DNA of 62,866 bases, the filler included. It is 5 parts of 5 records of this genome, joined end to end, with 100 filler letters (N's around TTAATTAATTAA, not from the genome) between each part and the next. Parts side by side here need not be neighbours in the genome. Positions count along the whole stretch, not along the records: positions 38,716 to 56,048 come from SRR20825015_186; positions 56,149 to 58,938 come from SRR20825015_206; positions 59,039 to 62,866 come from SRR20825015_213; 2 more parts are not named here. One strand, given 5' to 3'. Each line of letters starts with the position of its first letter. The first letter of the stretch is position 1. Position numbers and translations under genes: made by a program. This document shows, one piece after another, positions 50,718 through 62,000 of the stretch. The notes under the pieces were generated by a model, which was given only the letters and a program-made list of their open reading frames with translations, searched no databases and was not told the origin of the DNA.

Positions 50718-50794
50718 ATTTGGGATTAACCTTTTATTTTGATGTCGCTTAGCATATTTTCAAATACTTTTGTGTAAGAAGCTGAAATAAAATT

Positions 50795-51478
50795 ATGTCC
50801 GAAACCATTCTAAAATTAAAAGACGTAGCGGTATTCCAAAACGAGAACATGGTTCTCAACGATGTTGACCTCGAGGTCAAAAAGGGAGAATTCGTCTATG
50901 TAATCGGAAAAACAGGTAGCGGAAAAAGTAGTTTTATGAAAACCCTTTACGCCGACCTTCCCTTAAAACAAGGTGAAGGACAGGTAGTGGATTTTGACCT
51001 AAAGACCTTGAAAGAAAAGGATATTCCATTTTTACGCAGAAAGCTGGGCATTGTTTTTCAGGATTTTAAATTGCTGCCCGACAGGAACATCAACAATAAT
51101 CTCAATTTTGTTCTCAAAGCGACCGGTTGGACAGACCCCAAGAAAATGAACGATAAAATCGAGGAGGTTTTGGACAAGGTTGGCATGAAAACCAAAGGTT
51201 TTAAGTTTCCCCACGAACTATCAGGTGGTGAACAACAACGGATTGCCATTGCAAGGGCCCTGCTCAACGACCCTGAGCTGATTTTGGCGGACGAGCCTAC
51301 AGGTAACCTTGACCCGCAAACCAGTGTCGAGGTGATGAAAGTTCTTCAGGACATCAACCAAAATGGGCGCACCATTATTATGGCGACCCACGATTACGCC
51401 CTAATCCTAAAATATCCGCATAAAACGTTAAAATGTGATGGCAGCAAAGTGTTCGAGGTAATCCAAAAAGCGATATAA
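50795..51478 (+). CDS. ftsE: Cell division ATP-binding protein FtsE-like
   Basis: [54 protein letters not shown]. Confidence 0.85.
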   Translation: MSETILKLKDVAVFQNENMVLNDVDLEVKKGEFVYVIGKTGSGKSSFMKTLYADLPLKQGEGQVVDFDLKTLKEKDIPFLRRKLGIVFQDFKLLPDRNINNNLNFVLKATGWTDPKKMNDKIEEVLDKVGMKTKGFKFPHELSGGEQQRIAIARALLNDPELILADEPTGNLDPQTSVEVMKVLQDINQNGRTIIMATHDYALILKYPHKTLKCDGSKVFEVIQKAI

Positions 51479-51575
51479 CACCCAAAACACCTTTTTAGTG
51501 GATTGATTTCCACTGAAATTACTTGGTCATCAAAAGTTTTTGTTACTTTGTTCAAACTAACATTGATTCCTTTCT

Positions 51576-52334
51576 ATGGAGATTCTTGGTATTGATATTG
51601 GCGGGTCGGGCATTAAAGGTGCCCTAGTAAACGCCGAAACTGGAGAGATGTTGACAGAACGCTTCCGAATTCCAACCCCAAAATCAAAAAAACCCAAAGA
51701 TATGGCCAAAGTGGTGGCCGAAATCGTGGAACACTTCAATTATGAAGGACCTGTGGGCTGTGGATTCCCATCCATAGTAAAAAACGGGGTTTGCAAATCG
51801 CCAGGAAACCTTCATCCAAGTTGGGTGGGTGTTAATATCGATGAATTATTCACCGAATATACCGGACATGAATTTACCGTACTCAACGATGCAGATGCCG
51901 CTGGCTATGCCTCAATGAACTATGGTATTGGAAAAGGTAAAAATGGTCTTGTAATAATGATTACCATCGGAACAGGACTAGGTAGTGGTGCCTTCTATAA
52001 CGGTGTGCTCATCCCAAATTTTGAGCTGGGCCAGATTCCATACAAAAAGCACAAAAAGATTGAAAAATGGGCGGCCGCTTCGGCAAAAGAACGAGAAGAG
52101 CTCAGTTTTAAAAAGTGGGGCAAACGCTTCAATAAATTTCTAAAACTGGTGGAGCTTATCGTTTGCCCCGACCTTATCATTGTTGGCGGGGGAACCTCAA
52201 AAAATTGGGAGGAATTCAGTCATCATATAGATATTGAGACCGAGGTAATCAAGGCTGAATTAATGAACCATGCAGGTATCATTGGAGCTGCCGTAGCGTG
52301 TTTGCGAGAACAGCACCACGGACATTTGCAGTAA
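51576..52334 (+). CDS. ppgK: Polyphosphate glucokinase (ROK family)
   Basis: [50 protein letters not shown]. Confidence 0.88.
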   Translation: MEILGIDIGGSGIKGALVNAETGEMLTERFRIPTPKSKKPKDMAKVVAEIVEHFNYEGPVGCGFPSIVKNGVCKSPGNLHPSWVGVNIDELFTEYTGHEFTVLNDADAAGYASMNYGIGKGKNGLVIMITIGTGLGSGAFYNGVLIPNFELGQIPYKKHKKIEKWAAASAKEREELSFKKWGKRFNKFLKLVELIVCPDLIIVGGGTSKNWEEFSHHIDIETEVIKAELMNHAGIIGAAVACLREQHHGHLQ

Positions 52335-52437
52335 ATTTTAAGATTAAAGAACTTGGGCCTCTTCGCTTGTTTTAAAAAGAAAAGCGAATGAAGTATATCA
52401 CTCCATCCGCTTTATTCAAATGTCAAATTGAATTATC

Positions 52438-54237
52438 TTAAACTACTTTATTTCTTTTTCTATCTACCTCTTTTAGGTATATTTTCCTAAGTCTCAAGTG
52501 GTTTGGAGTCACCTCTACGTATTCATCCTTTTGAATGTATTCCAATGCTTCTTCCAGAGAGAATTTGATAGCAGGAACAATCTTTGCCTTATCATCAGCT
52601 CCAGAAGAACGAACGTTAGATAGTTTTTTGGTCTTGGTCACGTTCACTGTCATATCATCCTGACGGGAGTTTTCGCCGATTACCTGCCCTTCATAGATAT
52701 CCTCTCCCGGGTCAATAAAGAACTTACCTCTTTCCTGAAGTTTATCGATGGAATAAGGAATCGCTGTTCCGTTTTCCATGGAAACCAAAGAACCGTTCAA
52801 TCGCTGGGCGATATCCCCTTTCAATGGTTGATATTCAAAAAATCTATGCGCCATAATGGCCTCACCTGCGGTAGCCGTCAACAATTGGTTTCTAAGACCG
52901 ATGATTCCTCTGGATGGAATTACAAATTCACAAACCATTCGGGAACCTCTTGCCTCCATACTGGTCATTTCCCCTTTTCTGATGGATACCATCTCAACAG
53001 CTTTTCCTGATACTTCTTCTGGCAAATCAATGGTCAAGTGTTCCACCGGTTCACATTTAACTCCATCAATCTCCTTGATGATAACCTGTGGCTGACCAAT
53101 TTGAAGCTCGTAACCTTCCCTACGCATGGTTTCGATCAAAACAGAAAGGTGCAATACCCCACGGCCATAGACCAAGAATTTATCGGCACTATCGGTTTGT
53201 TGTACACGAAGCGCCAAGTTTTTCTCCAATTCTTTTTCCAAACGCTCCTTGATGTGACGGGAAGTAACAAACTTTCCATCCTTACCAAAAAACGGACTAT
53301 CGTTGATCGTGAAAAGCATACTCATGGTAGGCTCATCAATAGCGATAGTCTTCAATTTTTCTGGGTTTTCAATGTCGGCAACGGTATCCCCGATCTCGAA
53401 TCCTTCCATACCCACAATGGCACAAATATCACCAGCAACCACTTCTTCTACTCTTAAACGGCCCAAGCCTTCAAAAGTGTAAAGTTCCTTGATCCTAGTT
53501 TTTACGATGGAACCATCTCTTTTCACCAAAGAAACCTGTTGTCCTTCTCGAAGTTTACCACGTTGCAATCTACCAATCGCGATTCGCCCTGTAAACGATG
53601 AGTAATCCAACGAAGTGATCAACATTTGAGTGGTACCTTCTTGAGGTTTGAACTCAGGCACGTGTTCGATCACCATATCCAACAACGGCTCAATGTTCTC
53701 GGTCTGTACTTTCCAATCCTCGCCCATCCAGTTGTTCTTTGCAGAACCGTAAACGGTTGGGAAATCCAACTGCCATTCTTCGGCACCCAGTTCAAACATC
53801 AAATCGAATACTTTCTCGTGCACTTCTTCCGGCGTACAGTTTTCTTTATCCACTTTGTTAATCACCACGCAAGGCTTCAAACCAAGGTCAATTGCCTTTT
53901 GAAGCACAAAACGGGTCTGTGGCATTGGCCCTTCGAAGGCATCCACCAACAACAAAACCCCATCGGCCATGTTCAAAACACGCTCTACCTCACCACCGAA
54001 ATCGGCGTGACCAGGGGTATCTATAATATTAATTTTTGTGTCTTTGTAAACAACGGAAACGTTTTTGGAAACAATGGTGATTCCACGCTCCCTTTCCAGG
54101 TCGTTGTTATCCAATATCAGGTCGCCCTTGTTCTCGTTTTCGCGGAACAACTGGCAATGGTACATGATTTTATCGACCAAGGTAGTTTTACCGTGGTCTA
54201 CGTGTGCAATGATTGCAATATTTTTGATTTTGGACAT
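52438..54237 (-). CDS. typA: Translational GTPase TypA/BipA
   Basis: [56 protein letters not shown]. Confidence 0.97.
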   Translation of the reverse strand: MSKIKNIAIIAHVDHGKTTLVDKIMYHCQLFRENENKGDLILDNNDLERERGITIVSKNVSVVYKDTKINIIDTPGHADFGGEVERVLNMADGVLLLVDAFEGPMPQTRFVLQKAIDLGLKPCVVINKVDKENCTPEEVHEKVFDLMFELGAEEWQLDFPTVYGSAKNNWMGEDWKVQTENIEPLLDMVIEHVPEFKPQEGTTQMLITSLDYSSFTGRIAIGRLQRGKLREGQQVSLVKRDGSIVKTRIKELYTFEGLGRLRVEEVVAGDICAIVGMEGFEIGDTVADIENPEKLKTIAIDEPTMSMLFTINDSPFFGKDGKFVTSRHIKERLEKELEKNLALRVQQTDSADKFLVYGRGVLHLSVLIETMRREGYELQIGQPQVIIKEIDGVKCEPVEHLTIDLPEEVSGKAVEMVSIRKGEMTSMEARGSRMVCEFVIPSRGIIGLRNQLLTATAGEAIMAHRFFEYQPLKGDIAQRLNGSLVSMENGTAIPYSIDKLQERGKFFIDPGEDIYEGQVIGENSRQDDMTVNVTKTKKLSNVRSSGADDKAKIVPAIKFSLEEALEYIQKDEYVEVTPNHLRLRKIYLKEVDRKRNKVV

Positions 54238-54334
54238 AACCTATTTTTTAAGCCCGCAAAGATACTGCTATTTTTTCTTGTGCAACACTCCTAAATATTA
54301 TTTTTATCTTATTGATTTTGTGATAGTTCCAAAT

Positions 54335-54892
54335 CTAAAGACCAACACACCAGCGTTTTTCGCTGATAATCCAACCAATACTCAAGTTTACAACGGGTTG
54401 AATGGTTCCTTTGAACGGCCCTACATAGTAGCCGGCACCGGCATCAATAGAGAAACTGAAGCCTGAATCAAAACTGCGTTGAATGCCATAAACCAGACCA
54501 CCATAACCGTGAATACCATCTACCAGTTGCCCCTCGACCACACGGTCTCCGGGAGAAAAGATAGCTGCTGATGGTGCGATGTAGTTGCCCGAATTCCCAT
54601 AAATGGACCTCCTGCGTCTTTCCCGACTGTTCAAGTTGTGGTAATATCGGTTTTGAACGGTAATGGCAGGAAAAAAATCAAAATCTTCCAAAGGTTGGGA
54701 ACTAGCTGGTTCCAGAGCGACCTGATATGCTACGCGAATATCCAGCGTACTGTTCACGCCCAAAGCCATCTCATACTCAATACCGGGATTAAAAGCATTG
54801 AGCTTAAACTGGCGGATTTCGCAGTTTGTCCCATATTGGGCTTGGGTCAGAAATCCAATCAAAAGGAAAGCCAAAAATAATAAGCGACGCAT
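54335..54892 (-). CDS. Hypothetical small outer-membrane beta-barrel-like protein (paralog A)
   Basis: Signal peptide; QFKLN..PG..YE, RYYHN, GNSGNYIA, YGIQR shared with 54956-55537. Confidence 0.75.
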   Translation of the reverse strand: MRRLLFLAFLLIGFLTQAQYGTNCEIRQFKLNAFNPGIEYEMALGVNSTLDIRVAYQVALEPASSQPLEDFDFFPAITVQNRYYHNLNSRERRRRSIYGNSGNYIAPSAAIFSPGDRVVEGQLVDGIHGYGGLVYGIQRSFDSGFSFSIDAGAGYYVGPFKGTIQPVVNLSIGWIISEKRWCVGL

Positions 54893-54955
54893 GTAGGTTA
54901 ATTTGGTAGTACTATAACCCTAAGTTGAGCAAAATAGTATGCTTTAATGTGCTTT

Positions 54956-55537
54956 TTAGTCAAAATACGGGTCTTTTTTCTTCCGTTTGGTCGCCACCCA
55001 ACCAAAGGTAAAGTTTATCAAAGGTCCATAACCATCGGGCACACCATCCCCTTTGTAATATCCTGCCCCAAGTTCCAAATTAAAATTGAAGCCTTTCTCA
55101 TACGTACGCTGTATACCGTAAGCCAGTCCGTAAAAACCTAGATTGAAATCGTCCGGACCTTCAACGTTTGTGGAAATCCGAAGTTGTGAAAAGAAAATAG
55201 CTTGAGCGGCGGCGATATAATTCCCAGAGTTACCAGAGGTATTTTTGTCCAACCGCTCCCTCCTATCAAAATTATGGTAATAGCGGTAACGGTTGTTCAT
55301 TGCCAAACCGAGTACATAGCCCTCTTCGTATGTAGCATTGGCCAAACCAAGGTTGGTGGACACACTCTGGTTTTTAAACAGACCCAGTTCATAGGTAAAT
55401 CCAGGGCTCAATAAATTCAATTTAAATTGATGTCGCTCCAAATGGGCCAAATCAAAAGTACCTCCCCGCTCTTGCCATTGAGCGTTTGCGAAAGTTGAAA
55501 CAAAACAAACTAAAATAAGAACGTATGTATTTTTCAT
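54956..55537 (-). CDS. Hypothetical small outer-membrane beta-barrel-like protein (paralog B)
   Basis: Signal peptide; same motifs as 54335-54892. Confidence 0.75.
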   Translation of the reverse strand: MKNTYVLILVCFVSTFANAQWQERGGTFDLAHLERHQFKLNLLSPGFTYELGLFKNQSVSTNLGLANATYEEGYVLGLAMNNRYRYYHNFDRRERLDKNTSGNSGNYIAAAQAIFFSQLRISTNVEGPDDFNLGFYGLAYGIQRTYEKGFNFNLELGAGYYKGDGVPDGYGPLINFTFGWVATKRKKKDPYFD

Positions 55538-55610
55538 GGTCGATGGTTTGTATCGATAAATCTAAAAAGGATACCATGGTTTAATAGTATATTTGTGCAA
55601 ACTTTAAGAA

Positions 55611-56048
55611 ATGGACATCACCAAAATTCCACAGATAAAACACACGGAGAGCGATAATTTTTTCTTATTGGCAGGCCCTTGCGCCATTGAAGGCGAGGAG
55701 ATGGCCATGCGAATTGCAGAAAAGGCGGTTGCCATTACCGATAAGCTTAACATTCCTTATATTTTCAAGGGTAGTTTTAAAAAAGCGAACCGGAGCCGCA
55801 TGGATTCCTTCACCGGAATTGGAGATGAAAAAGCTTTAAAAATTCTTCGAAAAGTTTCGGAGACTTTTGGTGTTCCGACCGTAACCGACATTCATGAAAT
55901 TTCTGATGCCGCCATGGCTGCTGAATATGTGGACGTTCTTCAGATTCCTGCCTTTTTGGTTAGGCAGACCGATTTGGTCGTAGCTGCCGCAGAAACAGGC
56001 AAGGTCGTCAACTTGAAGAAAGGGCAATTTATGAGCCCTGAAAGCATG
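55611..56048 (+). CDS. kdsA: KDO 8-phosphate synthase, 3' truncated
   Basis: AGPCAIE, KGSFKKANRS, QIPAFLVRQTDL, NLKKGQFMSP. Confidence 0.95.
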
Positions 56049-56148
56049 NNNNNNNNNNNNNNNNNNNNNNNNNNNNNNNNNNNNNNNNNNNNTTAATTAA
56101 TTAANNNNNNNNNNNNNNNNNNNNNNNNNNNNNNNNNNNNNNNNNNNN
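56049..56148. other. Artificial contig linker
   Basis: N-run, TTAATTAATTAA, N-run. Confidence 0.99.
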
Positions 56149-56544
56149 CTGAATGGCAAAAAACGACGGGCGGATATTGATCGCCTGGCGTTCATCCCAA
56201 TATTCCGGCGTTACGTCCTGCCATTTATGGCGGGTGTCATTGGCGGCATTATTAAGCAGTGCCGTGATCGGGCCGTTGGCCTTGGCAGCCGTTGCCACCG
56301 CATCCTGAAGCGCCTTGATATCGGTAATGTCGCATGTGATGAAAAGCGGCTTGTTTTTCGCGGTCTTAGCCAGCTTTTCAACAAGCGCATGGCCTGCTTC
56401 CTCGGCAATGTCGACAAAGGCGACTTTCGCGCCCTGCTCGACAAAGGCGGTGACAAGCGCCTCGCCAATGCCCGTGGCACCGCCGGTAATGAAAACCGAT
56501 TTATCGGCAAGGCTGGTATAGTTCGTTGGCATGCGATCGGACAT
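56149..56544 (-). CDS. SDR sugar dehydrogenase resembling D-xylose 1-dehydrogenase, 3' truncated
   Basis: YTSLADKSVFITGGATGIG, NNAANDTRH, VTPEYWDERQAIN. Confidence 0.8.
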
Positions 56545-57146
56545 GATCGTCGGCTCTCCCGTTATCTGGTCTTTATGTGCCGATCCCCTCCGGGTACCGG
56601 TCCGTCCGGCACGCCATGATCGGGATCAGGATTAAACTGGCAGGTTTGCACCCCGCCCAAAATACTGTACGGGATACTTGATGGGGCATCGCATGGGATG
56701 ATCACCGCATGGATGCATGCGAAAAATCCACAATCGCACCTCTTTCGGGCCGGATTATGATACCCGTTTACAATACCCGTTCCCGCGCGATGGGCCGCTT
56801 CCTCCTGACAGTCTTGTTCTTTTATTCTTCATACAATAACATTAATTATCAGGATGTCGCTTGCTGTCAAGCCGCAAACCGGCAAAACAAGGCCTGATAC
56901 AACACTCAACTGATTGCTTCTTGTTTGGTGATAAGTGGTCTATAAAAATGACACCTCTGATGTGGTGCAAACAGTCCCCGAAAAACCGCACCGAAATAAT
57001 TATATGCGTTGCAGCACAAGGCATTATCGGGCGCGCAGAAGTTGCCCTTAAAATAAATTCATATTATATGAATAATGTCAGAGTGCGGTCACCGATCCAG
57101 CCACCGCCGTCCGCAGATATCAAAAGACCGCACCGGAGGAATTTGA

Positions 57147-57896
57147 ATGCCATCGTCCATGTCAAGAACCTATGCAAGGCGCAGCCTGCACAGCATCGTT
57201 GCCCATGATCTGGGAACCCGGATCGTCTCGGGCAAGCTGGCACCGGGCGATGTCCTCCCGACCGAGGCAGCCTTGAGTGAATCACTCGATGTCTCGCGCA
57301 CGGCATTGCGCGAAGCCATCAAGATCCTCTCGGCCAAGGGGCTGATCGAAAGCCGTCCGAAAACCGGTACGCGCGTCAAACCGCGCAAAAGCTGGAACCT
57401 GCTCGACCCCGATGTTCTGTCATGGCATTTCCCCGATCCCGATCCGGCGTTTCTGTATGGCCTGTTTGAAACCCGCATGATCATCGAACCCAACACCGCC
57501 GCCATGGCCGCCGAACGCGCGACCGAGGAACAATTGGCCACGATCGAGGCCGCCTATACCGGCATGGAAAATGCCGAACTGGGTACCGAGGCCGTCTATA
57601 TCACCGACCTGATTTTCCATCAGGCGATTTTGGATGCGTCGGGCAATGATTTTATGAAATCGTTCGGCATGCTGATTGAAACCGCCCTGATCGGATCGTT
57701 CCGCCTGTCATCGGGCGGGCCAAAGGCGCATGTCAAATCCCTGCCCGACCATTTCGCGGTCTACCGCGCCATCGCGCACCGCGAACCCGGCGACGCCCGC
57801 GAAGCCATGCGCAACCTGCTCAGCCGCACCATGCTGCAACTCCGCCAGCAGCTCGGCATGAAAAGCGAACATGACTGGGACGTGATCGGGCTTTGA
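57147..57896 (+). CDS. FadR/GntR family regulator (DgoR-like)
   Basis: LPTEAALSESLDVSRTALREAIKILSAKGLIESRPKTGTRV, WNLLDPDVLSW, FCD domain. Confidence 0.92.
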   Translation: MPSSMSRTYARRSLHSIVAHDLGTRIVSGKLAPGDVLPTEAALSESLDVSRTALREAIKILSAKGLIESRPKTGTRVKPRKSWNLLDPDVLSWHFPDPDPAFLYGLFETRMIIEPNTAAMAAERATEEQLATIEAAYTGMENAELGTEAVYITDLIFHQAILDASGNDFMKSFGMLIETALIGSFRLSSGGPKAHVKSLPDHFAVYRAIAHREPGDAREAMRNLLSRTMLQLRQQLGMKSEHDWDVIGL

Positions 57897-58319
57897 TACT
57901 GCTTTGACCGGTCTGTGATATCGCTTTGACACCGTCTTACGGCCCCGGCGATGTCATCGCCCTCAAACAGCGGCAAAAGACAAAAACGGGGCTGTCATCA
58001 GGACGGCCCCTTTTGCATTCCTCATACAAATAAAAAGCCATTTTTCGCCTCATAACGACCAAAACCCGTATTCCTCACATAAATAAAAGCCGGTTTTTCG
58101 CGCCTGGAATGGCCGCGCGCGATCCTCGACACGCCCCTTACCGATCCATTATTCACCAAAATTGAAAAATCGGATCGATTATGAAAAATAACTTCATAAA
58201 AAACCGGCCCCAAACCCCGCATTCTGACCGCCGGAATAAACGCCCCTGAAAACAATTCGGGCCGAAGCAGCCCTGCCGCCCCGGCCCGAATTCCCCCACC
58301 CGAAAAGGCTAAATCCGGC

Positions 58320-58938
58320 TCACCCCGCCCCGGCACGCATGCCCGAAAATGACCGGGTAATCAGGCGTTGCAGCACGATAAAGCCAAACAGAAGCGCCCC
58401 GATCATGATCTTGGTCCACCAGCTATTGAGCGACCCGTCAAACGCGATCAGGGTCTGGATCACCCCCATGATGATCCCGCCAAAGAACGTGCCCACCACA
58501 AAGCCCATGCCCCCGGTCAGAAGCGTCCCGCCAATCACCACCGCGGCAATCGCGTCAAGCTCGACCCCGACGGCTGCCAACGGATAGGCAGACGCGGTAT
58601 AAAACGCGAAAACAACACCGGCCAAGGCACTGAAAAAGCCCGATAAAGTGTAAACCCGGATGATCGTGCCCTGCACCGGAATGCCCAGCAATTCTGCCGA
58701 CTGACGATCCCCGCCAATGGCATAAACATTGCGCCCGAACCGGGTGTAATGCGCAATCACCACCCCGGCAATCACCGTCAATAACATCAAAAGCGCCGCC
58801 GCACTGATCCAGCCACGACCAGGCAGCGGGATTTTAAATCCGCTGAAATCGGCGACAAACGGATGATCAATCGGCACGGAATCAAGGTTGATCAAAAAGC
58901 ACATCCCGCGCAGGAAAAACATCCCCGCCAGGGTGATG
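58320..58938 (-). CDS. Sugar ABC transporter permease (YjfF/RbsC-like), 5' truncated
   Basis: TRFGRNVYAIGG, ELDAIAAVVIGGTLLTGG, SWWTKI. Confidence 0.88.
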
Positions 58939-59038
58939 NNNNNNNNNNNNNNNNNNNNNNNNNNNNNNNNNNNNNNNNNNNNTTAATTAATTAANNNNNN
59001 NNNNNNNNNNNNNNNNNNNNNNNNNNNNNNNNNNNNNN
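58939..59038. other. Artificial contig linker
   Basis: N-run, TTAATTAATTAA, N-run. Confidence 0.99.
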
Positions 59039-59040
59039 CT

Positions 59041-59082
59041 GGAGCTGGAGCTGGAGCTGGAGCTGGAGATGGAGATGGAGAT
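59041..59082 (+). repeat. Coding hexanucleotide microsatellite
   Basis: (GGAGCT)4(GGAGAT)3 at the contig start, in frame with the long ORF (Gly-Ala/Gly-Asp). Confidence 0.85.
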
Positions 59083-62000
59083 GGGTGCGGGCAGAAAGTG
59101 ACATATCGTCCCACAATATCTGTCATCCGACCGTTTTCGGTGTACGGTCCCGATGGCAGGCCCGACATGGCCGCGATGCGATTCTCACGCGCTTGTGTAA
59201 GTGGCAGAGCCCCTGTGGTGTTTGGAGATGGCAACGTGTCACGTGACATGACATTCATCAAGGATGCGGTGGAATGCATTATGGCTGTGGTGGATAGAAA
59301 TGTAAATGACTTGGACGACTGTCACTCTGTGTACAATGTGGGTACTGGTCAGGTGGTCACCATCAATAGGTTGGCAAGCTTAGCCATCAAACTGTCGACG
59401 GGATCGTCGTTGGACGGACGCCTTGAAGTCGATGATGATCCAACAGCAGCAGCAGCAGCAACAACATTACCATTGGCAGCCACGCCGACGCGACAAGCGG
59501 GGAGAGAGATGGGAGAGCCAAGTCATGTAGAGTACGCCGAAGGAAACAGCTCAGACTTGTCCGCTACCGAAGCCGACATTAGGAAGCTGGAGAAACTTTG
59601 TTCCGTACCGTCAACAACAGTGGAGGAGGGGTTGAGACAAACAGTGGAATGGTGCCGTGAGCGAATAGACGAAGAGAAAAGTGACGTAGCCGTCGTCATT
59701 GCCACCAAAGAAAGGGACGAATTGTTGGTTAACCGAGCACTGTCCAGTGTTGCCACACAAAAGAAGCTTCCACCGTTGTTGGTGATTGTTGAGGACGTCA
59801 AAGGTGAATTATCGACATCGACTCGGGAGGCCGTTGACAAGTGGGTTCGATGTGTTTATATGGACGGAAGCACTGTCACCACCCGCATTGAGTCCGCTGA
59901 CAAGCGAGTCGAGTGGAAAAATCAGCGTGGACGCACTGTTCGCCTGATAACTAACTCGCGCACACCCGGAGCTAGTGGAGCCTGGAACACTGGGATCCAT
60001 GACGCAATGGATTGGCGCATGTCGAGAATGATGTGTCTTAGTGGCTCTCACTCTCCAAGACTGGACAGACTTTTCGTGGCGATTTTGGATGACGATGATG
60101 AGTGGGAGCAAGACCATCTTTCCAAGTGCTTCGATGCGGTGATGAGAGAACAGACGGACATGGCTGTCTCTGGAATTGTCCGCTATGAATGCATCGTCAG
60201 CGACGATGGCATCACCGGTGAAACCCCTGACGAGAACCCACCTTCCGCAAATGGGTACTCTGCTACCAAGCAGAGTGTGCCTGCTCTGTCCGACCTGACC
60301 GTATCCAATTTCCTTACGGGAAATCCTCACGTCCAGGGTTCCAACATGTTTATATCGTTGGAGGTGTTTCTTAGGTGTGGGGGATTCGACGAAAGTCTCC
60401 AGAGCTCCACTGATCGGGACCTCATGATTCGACTCCTGTCGATGGGAACGACAGCAATATCAGTCGTCAACAGTCACACTGTGCGTCATTACGCAGAGAG
60501 GCACCGGACACGTCTCTCGAACAAATCGCCACAAAAATCGGCAGCGATTGCCAAATTTTATGATAAGTATCGCAACTTTATGACCGAGGAAGAGAGGCGC
60601 CAGTTTTGTAGTCGCACCAACAGATTATTTGGGTGTGAGTTGTCCAACGTTGGTGAAACCGACGTCGGAGATACTTGGCGGGAAAAAGGGTATGCCTTCG
60701 ACCTTGTTCCAATGTCATGTGGACTCGAACCGACATCGACGACGTCAATGACTGCATGTGAAACCCGTTCTAGCAGCAGCAGCAGCAGCCAGAATGAGCG
60801 GGGGAGTGGCATGAAGATGCCTTCTCAGAAATGTGTCAACCTAAGAGTGGGCATTACGTCCGACTCCAACTCCAACTCCGTCAGCAATCTCCTCTCTGAG
60901 CTGCATCGACTGATCGGCGCATGCGGGCACCTGTGGCACGCCAAAGTGTACGTGCTGGAAAATGGACCATCTACATCATTGTCGTCGCCGTCGCCGCTTG
61001 AAGACACATGCAACTTCGCGGCTGGAGCTGGACTTCACGTGCACTTTGTCTCTCTTATTGAGCAGCAAAAGCTGCTTTCTAGACACACAAGTATGACTGA
61101 AAGTAGCCATGCTCAGAAGAAGTGGTTACGCGTGTTGGACTTACACTCGCCCGCTCCCGCCGATGAGCTTTGCGCCCGTTCATTGGGTGATAAGATGGCT
61201 TCTGCTGTGGAGAGGATAATGCGATGTCGTCGTTCCATCGCCGAGACGCGATCGTTTCTGCAAGCGTACATCCATGACCAGATTGAGGAGTCAAAGCACA
61301 CCCAATCCAACTCAGGACCGAAGCCCGCGAGTTTGCACGATTTGGTGTGGATTCTAGATGACGACAAACGGCTTGAAACTCTCATCGTCGATGTAGATGA
61401 TGGTTCCCTGGCACAATGTCAATCCATTTGCCCTTTCTCAGCGGCCATTTCTATCAGAAAAGAGACCCAAGCTGACGTTATCATTGGTGGAGACAGTGTA
61501 TGCGCACCCCTTCCTCCTCTCTACACCCTTCGAACTCAGCTGGTGGACATTTGGCATCACCTTTGCCACGCGCAATTGCTTTACCCTCCTTTCGTTGGGA
61601 GCGGGTACGGTAAACACGATCAACTTCACCGCGACTACTATCATGATATGGGTGCGAGAACAGACCACTTGGAGACGTTTATGTCTTATCTAGCACTAGC
61701 AGGATCCACAAGATCGCTTGAGCACGTAGCACCAGATTCTCTGCCTTCAACACCCACCGTCGACGGAAAAGTCAACACGAAAGACAGCGGTGCGAAGTCG
61801 CTATGTCGCGCGTTAGTTGGAGGTATGGTCCTTCCGAGGATCGCAATCGGAGTGGAGGTCACGCGCCCTTTATTCGTTCCTTCAGGCGTACTGACCAAAG
61901 GGAGTTTGAGAGGCTGTTCGCAACAATCATTCCAACGCGGTGGTAATACGTTCATCTTAGATCCAGATTGTTTACGAGACGTGCCCAACCTGGCCATGGA

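Noticed and set aside
53626-54466. Plus-strand ORFs of 222 and 133 aa
   Set aside because: Antisense to typA and its neighbour, with no recognisable motifs
56227-58336. Overlapping short ORFs in the GC-rich contig
   Set aside because: Expected from low stop-codon frequency; they overlap better-supported genes or have no motifs
29807-59038. Horizontal transfer or genomic islands implied by abrupt composition shifts, and the repeated TTAATTAATTAA
   Set aside because: Shifts coincide with four identical 100-nt N-linkers; these are separate contigs, so adjacency has no biological meaning
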